Origin: Candidatus Pelagibacterales bacterium
GTDB lineage: Bacteria > Pseudomonadota > Alphaproteobacteria > Pelagibacterales > Pelagibacteraceae
Direction: 5' to 3'
Assembly (NCBI GenBank): GCA_965235635.1
Contig: CBDDYR010000004.1
Span: 73,657-137,656, forward strand
DNA: 64,000 nucleotides
Positions 10,579-23,699 of the stretch are shown here, in pieces. The notes under the pieces were generated by a model. That model was not told where the DNA came from. It saw only the letters and a list, made by a program, of their open reading frames with translations, and ran no database searches. Both the position numbers and the translations under genes were made by a program. Within the stretch, counting starts at the first letter, position 1. Each line of letters begins with the position of its first letter.

Positions 10579-11142
10579 ATGAAAATTGGGATTCTAGGAG
10601 GAACTTTTGATCCACCTCATATTGGACATTTAAATGTTTCGTTAGAAGCAATCAAAAGATTTCGGTTAAATAAAGTCCTTTGGCTTGTTACAAAAAAAAA
10701 TCCATTAAAAAAAAATAATTCATCTAATGATGTTTTCAATAGAATAAAGTTATGTAATGAATTTATAAAAAAAAATAAAAATATAATAAAAGTTAAATAT
10801 ATAGAAGAAAAAACTAAATCAAATTTCTTATTTGATAATATCAGCTACTTAATTAATAAATCTACAGAACATAAATATTATTTTATTATGGGCGCTGATA
10901 GTTTTATTAAATTCAATCAATGGAAAAAATATAATGAGATCTTAAATAAATTATCTATTATTGTTGTGAATAGACCAGAATTTTCAATAAAATCATTAAA
11001 TTCTATAGCTGCGAAAAAGCTCGAAAAATATAAATCTTTAAATTTGGTTTCAAAAGACAACCAACATAGATGGTATTTTTTGAGTACAAAAGGTATGAAT
11101 GTTTCATCATCAAAAATAAAAAAAACAATTAATGCAAATTAA
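10579..11142 (+). CDS. nadD: Nicotinate-nucleotide adenylyltransferase
   Basis: GGTFDPPHIGH, IMGADSF, VSSSKIK; proA-nadD-rsfS synteny. Confidence 0.92.
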   Translation: MKIGILGGTFDPPHIGHLNVSLEAIKRFRLNKVLWLVTKKNPLKKNNSSNDVFNRIKLCNEFIKKNKNIIKVKYIEEKTKSNFLFDNISYLINKSTEHKYYFIMGADSFIKFNQWKKYNEILNKLSIIVVNRPEFSIKSLNSIAAKKLEKYKSLNLVSKDNQHRWYFLSTKGMNVSSSKIKKTINAN

Positions 11143-11488
11143 AAAAAAAGAAGTTCTTCTAAAAGAAATAATTAAAATTCTTGATGATAATAAAGCAAAA
11201 GACATCGTAACTATTAATCTTGCAAACAAGAGTTCTATTGCAGATTATATGATTGTCGCTAGTGGGACTTCTTCTAGGCACATTCAATCTGTCTCTGAAA
11301 ATACAATTGAAGAATTAAAAAAAATGGGAATCAAAGGATGCAAAGTTGAAGGCAAAGATAGTGACAACTGGAAACTTATTGATGCGATGGACATTATAAT
11401 TCACATTTTTCATCATGAACAAAGAAAAAATTATGAGTTAGAAAAAATGTGGGAAGATATTATCCCAAATCAAAAAATCTTTGTTTAA
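11132..11488 (+). CDS. rsfS: Ribosome silencing factor RsfS
   Basis: LDDNKAKDIV, ADYMIVASGTS.RH, WKLID, YELEKMW. Confidence 0.94.
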   Translation: MQIKKKEVLLKEIIKILDDNKAKDIVTINLANKSSIADYMIVASGTSSRHIQSVSENTIEELKKMGIKGCKVEGKDSDNWKLIDAMDIIIHIFHHEQRKNYELEKMWEDIIPNQKIFV

Positions 11489-11931
11489 TGAAAATTAAAA
11501 TCCTTTGTTTAGGAAGACTAAATAAAGATGAAGAAAATGAATTGTGCAACAGATATGAGAGCAGACTTAAAAGTTTAAAAAATAGTGGAATTACTAACTT
11601 TGCAATCGAGCATATCTCAAAAAAGGAACTTGAAACTATAATAAAAAATAAAAAAGAAAAAAAAATTATATTTCTTAGTGAAAATGGACAAAATTTTAAT
11701 ACTGATAACTTTTGTAAAAAATTAAAAAAATTAATTAACGATTCTATTAAAGAAACATTATTTATTATTGGAGAGCCTGAAGGTTTTAAAAAAAATCTTA
11801 ACAAAGATAGTTTTGAAGAAATATGTCTGAGTAAACTTACTTTTACGCACTCTTTAGCTAGAGTAATACTCGCTGAACAAATTTACAGATGCGCTACAAT
11901 TATGGTAAACCATCCCTACCATAGGCAATAA
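11488..11931 (+). CDS. rlmH: 23S rRNA pseudouridine(1915)-N3 methyltransferase; start revised to 11488
   Basis: MKIKILCLGR start coupled to the rsfS stop (TAATG); FIIGEPEG, LTFTHSLARVILAEQIYR, HPYHR. Confidence 0.9.
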   Translation: MKIKILCLGRLNKDEENELCNRYESRLKSLKNSGITNFAIEHISKKELETIIKNKKEKKIIFLSENGQNFNTDNFCKKLKKLINDSIKETLFIIGEPEGFKKNLNKDSFEEICLSKLTFTHSLARVILAEQIYRCATIMVNHPYHRQ

Positions 11932-11933
11932 TA

Positions 11934-13079
11934 ATGAAAAAAATTTACTTATTACTTACTCTTTTATTTTTAAATCTACTTTCGCAAAATGCTTTTTCAC
12001 AAAAAAAAGATGTTCTTTATGAAAAATTAGATTTGTTTGGAGATATTCTTGAAACAATAAATAAAGAATATTTCAAACAAATTAATGAAGGCGAAGTAAT
12101 TGATGGTGCAATTAATGGAATGCTTCAATCGTTAGATCCATATTCTTCTTACATGAGCCCTAAAACATTTAAGAATATGAATACAGAAACCAAGGGTGAG
12201 TTTGGGGGTCTTGGTATTGAAGTTACAATGGAGGCAGGACTTGTAAAAGTAATATCGCCTATTGATGATACGCCTGCTGATAGAGCTGGAATAAAATCGG
12301 GAGACTATATTATTAAGCTAGATAACAAACAGGTTAAAGGCTTAACTTTAGATGAAGCTGTAAATACCATGCGGGGCAAAAGTGGAACTCCAATAACGTT
12401 AACAATTAGAAGAATAGATGTTGATGATCCAATAATTGTAAAGATAGTTCGAGAAACAATTAAAACAAAGTCTGTTGTTTCAGAGATTAAAGAAAATATT
12501 GGTTATTTAAGATTAAGATCTTTTAATGAAAAAAGTGGTGATGAATTAATTGATAAAATTAGAGAGATAAGCAGAAGTAAGCCAAACATAACTGGCTATA
12601 TTTTAGATCTTAGAAATAATCCTGGTGGTCTTCTTTCGCAAGCAATTAAGATATCAGATGCTTTTTTAGATAGTGGAGAAATTGTTTCTACAAAGGGAAG
12701 AGATCCGAAAGATATAAAAGTTTACAATTCTAAAAAAGGCGATGAAATCAATGGAAAACCCCTAATCGTACTGATTAATAAAGGCTCAGCTTCAGCATCT
12801 GAAATAGTGGCTGGGGCCTTAAAAGACCACAAGCGAGCAATTGTTATTGGTGAAAAATCTTTCGGAAAAGGATCAGTTCAATCTATTATGCCTTTATCTA
12901 ATGGTGGTGGATTAAGATTAACAACAGCTAAATATTATCTACCAAGTGGAGAAACAATTGAAGAGATAGGTGTGCAGCCAGATATTAAAGTAGAACAACA
13001 AAAAGATAATTTTAAAATAAACGATCCTACAAACGATAACCAATTAATTTACGCCCTTAAACTTTTAAAAGTGTCATGA
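11934..13079 (+). CDS. ctpA: S41 C-terminal processing protease with PDZ domain
   Basis: Signal peptide, LDPYS, FGGLGI, DLRNNPGG, SASASEIVAG, GKGSVQ. Confidence 0.93.
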   Translation: MKKIYLLLTLLFLNLLSQNAFSQKKDVLYEKLDLFGDILETINKEYFKQINEGEVIDGAINGMLQSLDPYSSYMSPKTFKNMNTETKGEFGGLGIEVTMEAGLVKVISPIDDTPADRAGIKSGDYIIKLDNKQVKGLTLDEAVNTMRGKSGTPITLTIRRIDVDDPIIVKIVRETIKTKSVVSEIKENIGYLRLRSFNEKSGDELIDKIREISRSKPNITGYILDLRNNPGGLLSQAIKISDAFLDSGEIVSTKGRDPKDIKVYNSKKGDEINGKPLIVLINKGSASASEIVAGALKDHKRAIVIGEKSFGKGSVQSIMPLSNGGGLRLTTAKYYLPSGETIEEIGVQPDIKVEQQKDNFKINDPTNDNQLIYALKLLKVS

Positions 13080-13543
13080 AAGATTTAAGCAATCTTCCTT
13101 ATAGAAAAGGTGTTGGGATAATGCTTATTAATCAAGAAACTAAAGTTTTTATAGGAAAAAGAATTGATAGTACTAAAGCATGGCAAATGCCTCAGGGCGG
13201 TGTTGATCAAAAAGAAGATGTTGAGAGCGCTGCTAAAAGAGAACTTAAGGAAGAAACAGGAATTACTTCAATTGAAATTATAAAAAAATCGGAAAAAGAA
13301 TTTATTTATGATTTACCTAATGAACTTCTTGGAAAAATTTGGGATGGAAAATATAAAGGACAAAAACAAACTTGGTTTCTTGCAAAATTTCTTGGAGAAC
13401 ATGATGAAATCAATATTAAACAAAAAAAAGCAGAATTTTATGATTGGCGTTGGGCAGAACCTTTAGAATTACCTAGATTAATAGTTCCTTTTAAAAAAAA
13501 GCTATATCAACAAGTTATAGAGGAGTTTAAAAAATATCTTTAA
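13076..13543 (+). CDS. rppH: RNA pyrophosphohydrolase (Nudix)
   Basis: YRKGVG, WQMPQGG, RELKEETG, GQKQTWF, VPFKK.LY. Confidence 0.93.
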   Translation: MKDLSNLPYRKGVGIMLINQETKVFIGKRIDSTKAWQMPQGGVDQKEDVESAAKRELKEETGITSIEIIKKSEKEFIYDLPNELLGKIWDGKYKGQKQTWFLAKFLGEHDEINIKQKKAEFYDWRWAEPLELPRLIVPFKKKLYQQVIEEFKKYL

Positions 13544-13932
13544 GATTTTAAATTATTAATCTGATCTATAATTTGATTATTAAGATAAATTTCTTCATCA
13601 GAAATTTCTTTATTACTTAATTTTTTTTCTGCATTTTGTTTCAATTTAATTAATTCTTCACTTTGAAACTCTGAACTATTAAAAAAATTATCTAATAAAA
13701 TACTTAGTTTATTATTAGAAAACTCCATAGTGCCTCCGGTAGAAAAAAATGTATCTTCATTGCTACCAGTTTTTGCAATAATTTTTCCTGCTTTAAGAAA
13801 AGTAATTAAGGAAATATGATCCTTGAATATTTCCATATCTCCTTCAATTCCTGAGATAACAACGCTATCAACTGCTTTTGAATAAGCTACTTGTTTTGGT
13901 GTTACAATCTCTAAATGAATATTATCTGCCAT
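13540..13932 (-). CDS. atpC: ATP synthase F1 epsilon subunit
   Basis: LEIVTP, EGDMEIFKDH; last gene of the F1 operon. Confidence 0.9.
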   Translation of the reverse strand: MADNIHLEIVTPKQVAYSKAVDSVVISGIEGDMEIFKDHISLITFLKAGKIIAKTGSNEDTFFSTGGTMEFSNNKLSILLDNFFNSSEFQSEELIKLKQNAEKKLSNKEISDEEIYLNNQIIDQINNLKS

Positions 13933-13937
13933 TTAAA

Positions 13938-16253
<2,316 letters not shown>

Positions 16254-16254
<1 letters not shown>

Positions 16255-17789
16255 TATTTTTGAAAACCTTTCTTAAAGTCAGCAATAAACGTTTTTAACT
16301 TTTCTTCATTAGATTCATCAATTTTTCCTGAAGATTTAATATTGTTCAATATATCTGGAGCTTCTGATTTTATTTTTGATAGAAGTTTCTTTTCAAAAGA
16401 CTTTATTTGATTAAGCTCAACATCATCTAAGAAACCTTTTACACCTGAAAAAATTGATACGACTTGTTCCTCTACTTTTAGAGGTGAGTACTGATCTTGT
16501 TTTAACAATTCAGTTAATTTTGATCCACGATTTAATAATTTTTGAGTAGCAAGATCTAAATCAGATCCAAACTGAGCAAATGCAGCCATTTCACGATATT
16601 GAGCAAGTTCTAGTTTGATTGAACCAGAGACCTGTTTCATTGCCTTAATCTGTGCTGAGGATCCCACCCTAGAAACCGATATACCTACGTTAACGGCAGG
16701 TCTTACACCTTTATAAAAAAGTTCAGTTTCTAAAAATATTTGTCCATCGGTGATAGAAATAACGTTTGTTGGAATGTAAGCAGAAACGTCACTCGCTTGC
16801 GTTTCAATAATTGGTAGTGCTGTAAGAGATCCTCCGCCATGCTTGTCATTCAATTTTGCTGCTCTTTCAAGTAATCTACTATGAAGATAAAATACATCTC
16901 CTGGAAAGGCTTCTCGTCCTGGGGGTCTACGTAAAAGTAGTGACATCTGTCTGTAAGCAACAGCTTGTTTTGATAAATCATCATAAACAATAAGAGCATG
17001 CATTCCATTATCTCTGAAATATTCTCCCATTGTACATCCTGTGTATGGAGCTAAAAATTGTAATGGCGCAGGATCAGAAGCTGTTGCTGCAACAACAATT
17101 GTATATTCCATTGCTCCAGCTTCCTCTAATGTTTTTACGATCTGAGCTACACTTGATCTTTTTTGTCCAATTGCAACATAAATACAATAAAGTTTTTTAC
17201 TCTCATCATTAGATTTATTAATTTCTTTTTGATTAATAATTGTATCAATAGCAATTGCTGTTTTTCCAGTTTGTCTATCACCAATAATTAATTCCCTTTG
17301 TCCTCTTCCAACAGGAATTAAGCTATCAATAGCTTTTAATCCTGTTTGCATCGGTTCATTAACTGATTTTCTTGGAATAATACCAGGCGCCTTAATCTCA
17401 ACTCTTTTTCTTTCAGCTTTTTTATCAATCGGACCTTTTCCATCTATTGGATTACCTAATCCGTCAACCACACGACCTAATAAAGATTTTCCAACAGCAA
17501 CGTCAACGATTGAGCCTGTTCTTTTTACAATGTCCCCTTCTTTAATTTTTGAGTCATCACCAAAAATAACTACTCCGACATTTTCAGTTTCAAGGTTTAA
17601 AGCCATACCTTTTGTGCCTTCAGAGAATTGAACCATCTCTCCAGCTTGAACATTATCTAATCCGTAAACTCTGGCTATACCGTCTCCTACTGTCAAAACT
17701 TGACCAACTTCTGAAACTTCAACTTCAGCTCCAAAATTCTTTATTTGATCTTTTAAAATATTAGTAATTTCAGAAGGATTAATTTTCAT
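16254..17789 (-). CDS. atpA: ATP synthase F1 alpha subunit
   Basis: [31 protein letters not shown]. Confidence 0.99.
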
Positions 17790-17791
17790 TT

Positions 17792-18322
17792 TTATTTATT
17801 TAATAAATTATTTAATCTTGTTTTAGCAGAAGTATCAATCATAGTACTTCCAATTTGAAGAATTGAACCAACTAATAAAGATGGGTCTACAGAAAAAGAA
17901 ATGTTGATTTTTTTCTTTAAAATATTATCTAATTTTTTTGCTATATCTGCTTTATCGCTATCTGAAATTGTGTGAGATAATTTAAGAGTTGCTAGAACTT
18001 CCCCCTTTTCATTTAATAATAAGTCAAAAAAATTATTTACTATTTTCTCTAAAAAGAAAAATCTTCTATTTTTGTTTAATACTCTTAAAAATCTTGAGAA
18101 TAAATCTGAAAAAGAAAAATTTTTAACCAAAGCATCAATAACATTATTAATAACTGAATATTTATGTGTAGGATTTTTAATAAATTTTTTTAAATCTGAA
18201 CTTTGATCTAATATTTCTCTTAACTTTAAAAAATCTTTTTCAAGAATATCTATGCTTTTAGCTTCATAAGCCAGTCTATATACTGCTTTAGCATATCTTT
18301 GAGTTTCACTAAAAGTTGTCAT
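17792..18322 (-). CDS. atpH: ATP synthase F1 delta subunit
   Basis: [24 protein letters not shown]; first gene of the F1 operon. Confidence 0.92.
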   Translation of the reverse strand: MTTFSETQRYAKAVYRLAYEAKSIDILEKDFLKLREILDQSSDLKKFIKNPTHKYSVINNVIDALVKNFSFSDLFSRFLRVLNKNRRFFFLEKIVNNFFDLLLNEKGEVLATLKLSHTISDSDKADIAKKLDNILKKKINISFSVDPSLLVGSILQIGSTMIDTSAKTRLNNLLNK

Positions 18323-18413
18323 AGATTTTTTTACTATTAACTTTAAAAGAAAAAAGGTCTCGTAACATGCAAAATTACACTAATCAAGTGTGATATTTTG
18401 AACTTTTTTAAAA

Positions 18414-20387
18414 TTATTTAAAGTTTACGGGATCAACGTCTACAGTTAGTGAAATATTTTTTTTAATTTTAATAGTTTTTAACCAATCTTTTAAAAATTT
18501 TTGTGGAAATGCTTCTTGAGGATATTTTAATAATAACCTAGAACGATATTTTCCCTTTATAAGCGAAATGGAAGCACTCACGGGACCCAACAACAAAGCA
18601 TCTTTCATTTTTGGAATTTTATTTTTTAATATTCTTGCACAATCATCAACGTCAAACTTATTTTTTCCTGAAATTATAAAAGCAATAAGCTTTGTAAACG
18701 GAGGTAAATTAGATCGCTCTCTAAAATTAATTTCGTTTTCATAAAAAGCTAAAATATTCTGATCACATATTGATTTTAATGTTTCGTTTTCTGGCTCAAA
18801 AGTTTGAAGATATACTGTTGAATTTTTAACTTCTCTCCCCGCTCTCCCGCTTAGCTGATTCATTAATTGATATGTTTTTTCTGAACTACGGATATCATTT
18901 CCTAAAAAACTCAGATCAGAATTAACAATAACTATGCAATTTAACTTTGGAAAATGAAAGCCTTTAGAAATTAATTGGGTTCCTACAATAATATTGATTT
19001 TTCCATTCTGGATACTCTCAAACGTTTTTTTAGTAGTATCATCATTATGAATAAAATCACTTGAAAATAATTCAATTCTTTTATCAGGAAAAATTTCCTT
19101 AACTTCCTCAAATATCTTTTCAACACCCAAACCATAAAAAGAAAATTCACAATTATCTCCATCTTTACATTTTCTCTCTAGTGTAGCTACATGATCACAG
19201 TAGTGACAAATTAATTTGTTAGTTTCCTTGTGATAAATTAATGAAACTGAACAATGTGGACAATTAAATCGATAACCACATTTTGAACAAATAACAAAAG
19301 TTGAATATCCTCTTCTATTTAAAAAAAATAAAATTTGATTTCCTTTATCCAGGATATTTTTAAGTTCAGAAATAATAGAGGGCGAAATAAATTTAGATTT
19401 TACAGGAGGATTTTTTTTCAAATCCACAAATTTAACTTCCGGCAACTGGGCATTGCCATATCTTTTATCTAAACTAATGTAAGAAAACTTTTTATTAATC
19501 GTGTTATAGTAAGTCTCTAATGAAGGCGTTGCTGAAACTAAAATAACTGATATTTTTTTAATTGAGGCCATTAACACAGCCATGTCCCTAGCATTATAAA
19601 TTACTTGATCTTCTTGTTTGTAAGACTGATCATGCTCTTCATCTATAATGATTAAACCTAATTTTTTAAAAGGAAGAAATAAAGATGATCTGGCCCCTAA
19701 AACCAAATTAATTTTATGACTAGCAATTCCATGCCAGATCTGTCTTTTGTTTTTTTCAGAGACATCAGAGTGCCACAACGCAGGATAGCTTCCAAAATAC
19801 TCTTTAAATCTTTCTTTAATTTGGTTTGTTAATGCAATCTCCGGGAGCAGAACCAAAACCTGATAACCTTTTTCTATAAAATCTTGTATTTTTTTAAAAT
19901 ATATTAATGTTTTTCCTGATCCTGTAATTCCATGTAATAAAATTGTTGAAAATTTATCAAATAAAATTTTATCATCTAAAATCTTAATAGCTTTCTTCTG
20001 ACCTGCATCAAAACTAATATTTTTTTTTAATGAACATTTTTCAAAAGTTTCTTCTGTTTTGCTTTTTTTTGATGTTTCTTTAAAAGCCTTCTTAAAAATA
20101 AATAATTTTAAGGCAATTCCTAAATCTACCAAATTGTATCGAGAAAATTTTTCTAAAAAAACTAAAGTATCTTTAGATAAAGAAGCAAAATCAAATTTCT
20201 TTTTAATATCTTTAATTTTAATTGATTTCTTAATAGGACTACTCTTGCCCCAAACAATACCTATAATATCTTTATTTTGGAAAGGAACTAAAACAAAATC
20301 CCCAACTTTCACATCAATATCTTTTGGGACGTTATAGGTAAAAGGATGATCAAATTTTAGTGGTAGTAATACATCTAAAGTCATCAA
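18414..20387 (-). CDS. priA: Primosomal protein N' (replication restart helicase)
   Basis: GITGSGKT, LPEIAL, DEEHD.SYKQ, Cys-rich region, GTQLISKG, GRAGR, VDVDP. Confidence 0.96.
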   Translation of the reverse strand: MMTLDVLLPLKFDHPFTYNVPKDIDVKVGDFVLVPFQNKDIIGIVWGKSSPIKKSIKIKDIKKKFDFASLSKDTLVFLEKFSRYNLVDLGIALKLFIFKKAFKETSKKSKTEETFEKCSLKKNISFDAGQKKAIKILDDKILFDKFSTILLHGITGSGKTLIYFKKIQDFIEKGYQVLVLLPEIALTNQIKERFKEYFGSYPALWHSDVSEKNKRQIWHGIASHKINLVLGARSSLFLPFKKLGLIIIDEEHDQSYKQEDQVIYNARDMAVLMASIKKISVILVSATPSLETYYNTINKKFSYISLDKRYGNAQLPEVKFVDLKKNPPVKSKFISPSIISELKNILDKGNQILFFLNRRGYSTFVICSKCGYRFNCPHCSVSLIYHKETNKLICHYCDHVATLERKCKDGDNCEFSFYGLGVEKIFEEVKEIFPDKRIELFSSDFIHNDDTTKKTFESIQNGKINIIVGTQLISKGFHFPKLNCIVIVNSDLSFLGNDIRSSEKTYQLMNQLSGRAGREVKNSTVYLQTFEPENETLKSICDQNILAFYENEINFRERSNLPPFTKLIAFIISGKNKFDVDDCARILKNKIPKMKDALLLGPVSASISLIKGKYRSRLLLKYPQEAFPQKFLKDWLKTIKIKKNISLTVDVDPVNFK

Positions 20388-20438
20388 AAAATTTTATTAA
20401 TTGTTTATTTCTTACTATAAATTTTATAATCTAAATCC

Positions 20439-21092
20439 ATGGAAATTTTTCTAGACTCATCAGATATTAAAGAAATTAGAGGATTAAACAAAGCTAATTT
20501 AGTAGACGGCATCACAACAAATCCCTCTCTACTTGCAAGTGCAAAAACTGATTTCAAAATTTTATTAAAAGAAATTTGCAGCGAAATAAAAGGACCAGTA
20601 AGCGCTGAAGTAACAGCTCCAGATGTTCCTTCGATGTTAAAAGAAGCTGACGTTCTAAGAAAAATTGCAAAAAATATTGTAATTAAGGTTCCCTTAACTT
20701 GGAATGGTTTACAGGCTTGCAGTATACTTTCTTCTAAAAAAATTAAAGTAAATGTCACTTTATGTTTTTCTACATCGCAAGCTCTCCTTGCTGCTAAAGC
20801 TGGAGCAACTTACGTTTCACCTTTCATTGGAAGATTGGATGATATTGGAGAAAACGGAGTTCAGTTAATTGAAGATATTAAAAAAGTTTTTAATAATTAC
20901 AAAAATATAAAGACAAAAATTTTATCAGCCTCTATTAGATCTGTTGAACATTTTAACGCTGTTGCAGCTATTGGTTCTGATGTTGCTACAGTTCCTGTTA
21001 AAATTTTTAAAGAACTTCATAAACATCATCTTACAGATAAAGGTGTAGATATTTTTACAGCTGATTGGAAAAAATCAGGAATGAAGATTTAA
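20439..21092 (+). CDS. tal: Transaldolase (short, FSA-like family)
   Basis: GITTNPSL and Schiff-base KVP; SAEV (Glu) and SPFIGR (Phe) are transaldolase-type rather than FSA-type residues. Confidence 0.9.
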   Translation: MEIFLDSSDIKEIRGLNKANLVDGITTNPSLLASAKTDFKILLKEICSEIKGPVSAEVTAPDVPSMLKEADVLRKIAKNIVIKVPLTWNGLQACSILSSKKIKVNVTLCFSTSQALLAAKAGATYVSPFIGRLDDIGENGVQLIEDIKKVFNNYKNIKTKILSASIRSVEHFNAVAAIGSDVATVPVKIFKELHKHHLTDKGVDIFTADWKKSGMKI

Positions 21093-21094
21093 AA

Positions 21095-22492
21095 TTAAAA
21101 GTGGATAGCTCTCTTATCTACCGCTAAAGCAGCCTCTTTAATTGCTTCAGCTAAAGTAGGGTGCGCATGGCACGTTCTCGCTATATCTTCTGCACTTGCT
21201 CCAAATTCCATAGCTAAAGCCATCTCTGCGATCATATTACCAACATCTGGTCCAATCATATGTACGCCTAAAACTCTATCTGTTTTATCATCAGATAAAA
21301 TTTTAACAAATCCATCTCCTTCATCATTAACTTTTGCTCTAGCATTTGCTGCGAAAGGAAACTTACCAACTTTATAAGATATTTTTTGCTCTTTTAACTG
21401 TTCTTCTGTTTTTCCAACTGAAGCAACTTCTGGAGAGGTATATACTACACCAGGAATAACATCATAATTTACATGTCCATATTTTCCACTTAGCAATTCT
21501 GCAACAGCAATTCCTTCTTCTTCTGCTTTATGTGCTAACATTGGACCAGTAATTACATCTCCGATTGCATAAATATTATTTAAGTTAGTTTTATATTTAT
21601 GATCTGTTTCCACTCTTCCTTTTGAGTCTAATTTTACTCCAATTTTTTCAAGATTTAACCCTGCTGTATTAGGTTTTCTTCCGACAGACATTAAAACGAT
21701 GTCGCAATCTATATCACTCTTAGCACCATTCTTTTCAACCATAACAGTTGCGCCAGTTTTATTCTTTTTAACCCCAATTACTTTTGTTGATAAACTAAAT
21801 TGCATTCCTTGTTTTTGTAGTATTTTTAAAAAAGCATCTGATACTTCTCGATCCATACCTGGAGTGATGTAATCTAAGTATTCTACAACTTGAACTTCTG
21901 ATCCTAATCTTGACCATACAGAACCCATCTCCAAACCTATATAACCAGCTCCAATAACAACCAATTTTTTAGGTACTGAAGACAAAGCTAACGCGCCTGT
22001 TGATGATACAACTATTTTTTCATCAATTTCTATATTCGGAAGAGAGATTGGAACAGATCCAGTCGCAATAATTGCATTTTTAAATTTATAATCCTTTTGA
22101 TTATTAGACTGATCAGTAACTGAGATTGTATTTTTATCTTTAAAAGATCCAAAGCCTTTAATGTAAGTAACTTTATTTTTTTTAAATAAAAATTCTATTC
22201 CTTTAGTAAGTCCTTCTACACCTTTTGCTTTATGACTCATCATTTTTGCAAGATCTAGTGATGGCTCATTAATATTAATTCCTATATTTTTAAATTCCGT
22301 TTTTGCCTTTTTATAAAGGTGAGATGAGTGCAATAATGCTTTCGAAGGTATACATCCAACATTAAGACAAGTGCCGCCTAAGGTTCCTCTAGACTCGATA
22401 CATGCAGTTTTTAATCCTAATTGAGCAGCTCTAATTGCTCCAACATATCCTCCTGGACCTCCGCCAATAACTAAAAAATCAAACTCTTCCAT
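21095..22492 (-). CDS. lpdA: Dihydrolipoamide dehydrogenase
   Basis: GGGPGGY, GGTCLNVGCIPSK, HAHPTLAE. Confidence 0.97.
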   Translation of the reverse strand: MEEFDFLVIGGGPGGYVGAIRAAQLGLKTACIESRGTLGGTCLNVGCIPSKALLHSSHLYKKAKTEFKNIGININEPSLDLAKMMSHKAKGVEGLTKGIEFLFKKNKVTYIKGFGSFKDKNTISVTDQSNNQKDYKFKNAIIATGSVPISLPNIEIDEKIVVSSTGALALSSVPKKLVVIGAGYIGLEMGSVWSRLGSEVQVVEYLDYITPGMDREVSDAFLKILQKQGMQFSLSTKVIGVKKNKTGATVMVEKNGAKSDIDCDIVLMSVGRKPNTAGLNLEKIGVKLDSKGRVETDHKYKTNLNNIYAIGDVITGPMLAHKAEEEGIAVAELLSGKYGHVNYDVIPGVVYTSPEVASVGKTEEQLKEQKISYKVGKFPFAANARAKVNDEGDGFVKILSDDKTDRVLGVHMIGPDVGNMIAEMALAMEFGASAEDIARTCHAHPTLAEAIKEAALAVDKRAIHF

Positions 22493-22495
22493 GAA

Positions 22496-23695
22496 TTATA
22501 AATTTAAAAAAAGTCTTCTTGGATCTTCTAAGTATTCCTTAACTCTAACCAAGAATGAAACAGCATCTTTTCCATCAATAATTCTATGATCATAGGACAG
22601 TGCTAAATACATAATAGGTCTAACTTCAATTTTTCCATCAACAACTACTGCTCTTTGAACAATATTATGCATTCCTAATACTCCTGATTGTGGAGGATTC
22701 AATATTGGAGTTGATAACATCGAGCCATAAATCCCACCGTTAGTGATTGTAAAAGTACCCCCCTGAAGTTCCTCAATAGATAATTGTCCAGTTTTTGCTT
22801 TTTCACCAAGGACAATAATTTGCTTTTCAATATCTGCAAAAGACAGTTCATCGGCATCTCTAACTACTGGAACAACTAATCCTTTCTCTGTCCCAACAGC
22901 AACGCCTATATTGTAATAATTTTTGTAAACAATTTCATCTTGTTGAATTTCTGCATTAATAATTGGAAAAGCTTTTAAAGCCTCAACACAAGATCTTACA
23001 AAGAATGACATAAATCCTAATTTAACCCCATATCTTTTCTGAAAGCCGTCTTTATATTCTGCTCTCATTTCAATAATTCTCGACATATCAATTTCATTAA
23101 ATGTCGTAAGCATTGCTGCATTATTTTGAGCTTCTTTTAATCTTTTAGCGATAGTTGCTCTTAATCGAGTCATTTTAACTCGCTCTTCATCTCCTTTGCT
23201 AGCTCTTGCTGCGGAAGGAGCAGAAGGTAAGCCCATCGATTCTAATAAATCTCCTTTTAAAATTCTTCCATCTTTTCCTGATCCACTGATCGTGCTGATA
23301 TCAATTCTTTTTTCTTCTACTATTCTTTTTACTGCAGGAGATAATATTTCTTTTTTACTTCCTGGAGCTTCTACTATTTTTTTTACAGGGGCCTCGACTG
23401 ATTTTGGCTTTGCTGGCTCTGGTGCTTTAATAGGTTCTTTTTTTATTACACTTGCAGTTCCAGCTCCTACCGTGCCTAGTACCGTTCCAACATTTACTGT
23501 ATTACCGGCTTGAATTTTAATTTCTGATAAAATTCCTGATTCTGGAGAAGGAACTGATACACTAACTTTGTCAGTTTCTAATTCAACAACTGGTTCATCT
23601 GCTTTCACTGACTCACCAACTTGTTTAAGCCACTTAGAAACTGTCGCTTCCGTTACTGACTCTCCGAGCGTGGGTACTATTAAATCTTTAGCCAT
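22496..23695 (-). CDS. sucB: 2-oxoglutarate dehydrogenase E2
   Basis: Lipoyl motif [22 protein letters not shown]. Confidence 0.97.
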   Translation of the reverse strand: MAKDLIVPTLGESVTEATVSKWLKQVGESVKADEPVVELETDKVSVSVPSPESGILSEIKIQAGNTVNVGTVLGTVGAGTASVIKKEPIKAPEPAKPKSVEAPVKKIVEAPGSKKEILSPAVKRIVEEKRIDISTISGSGKDGRILKGDLLESMGLPSAPSAARASKGDEERVKMTRLRATIAKRLKEAQNNAAMLTTFNEIDMSRIIEMRAEYKDGFQKRYGVKLGFMSFFVRSCVEALKAFPIINAEIQQDEIVYKNYYNIGVAVGTEKGLVVPVVRDADELSFADIEKQIIVLGEKAKTGQLSIEELQGGTFTITNGGIYGSMLSTPILNPPQSGVLGMHNIVQRAVVVDGKIEVRPIMYLALSYDHRIIDGKDAVSFLVRVKEYLEDPRRLFLNL

Positions 23696-23699
23696 TATT

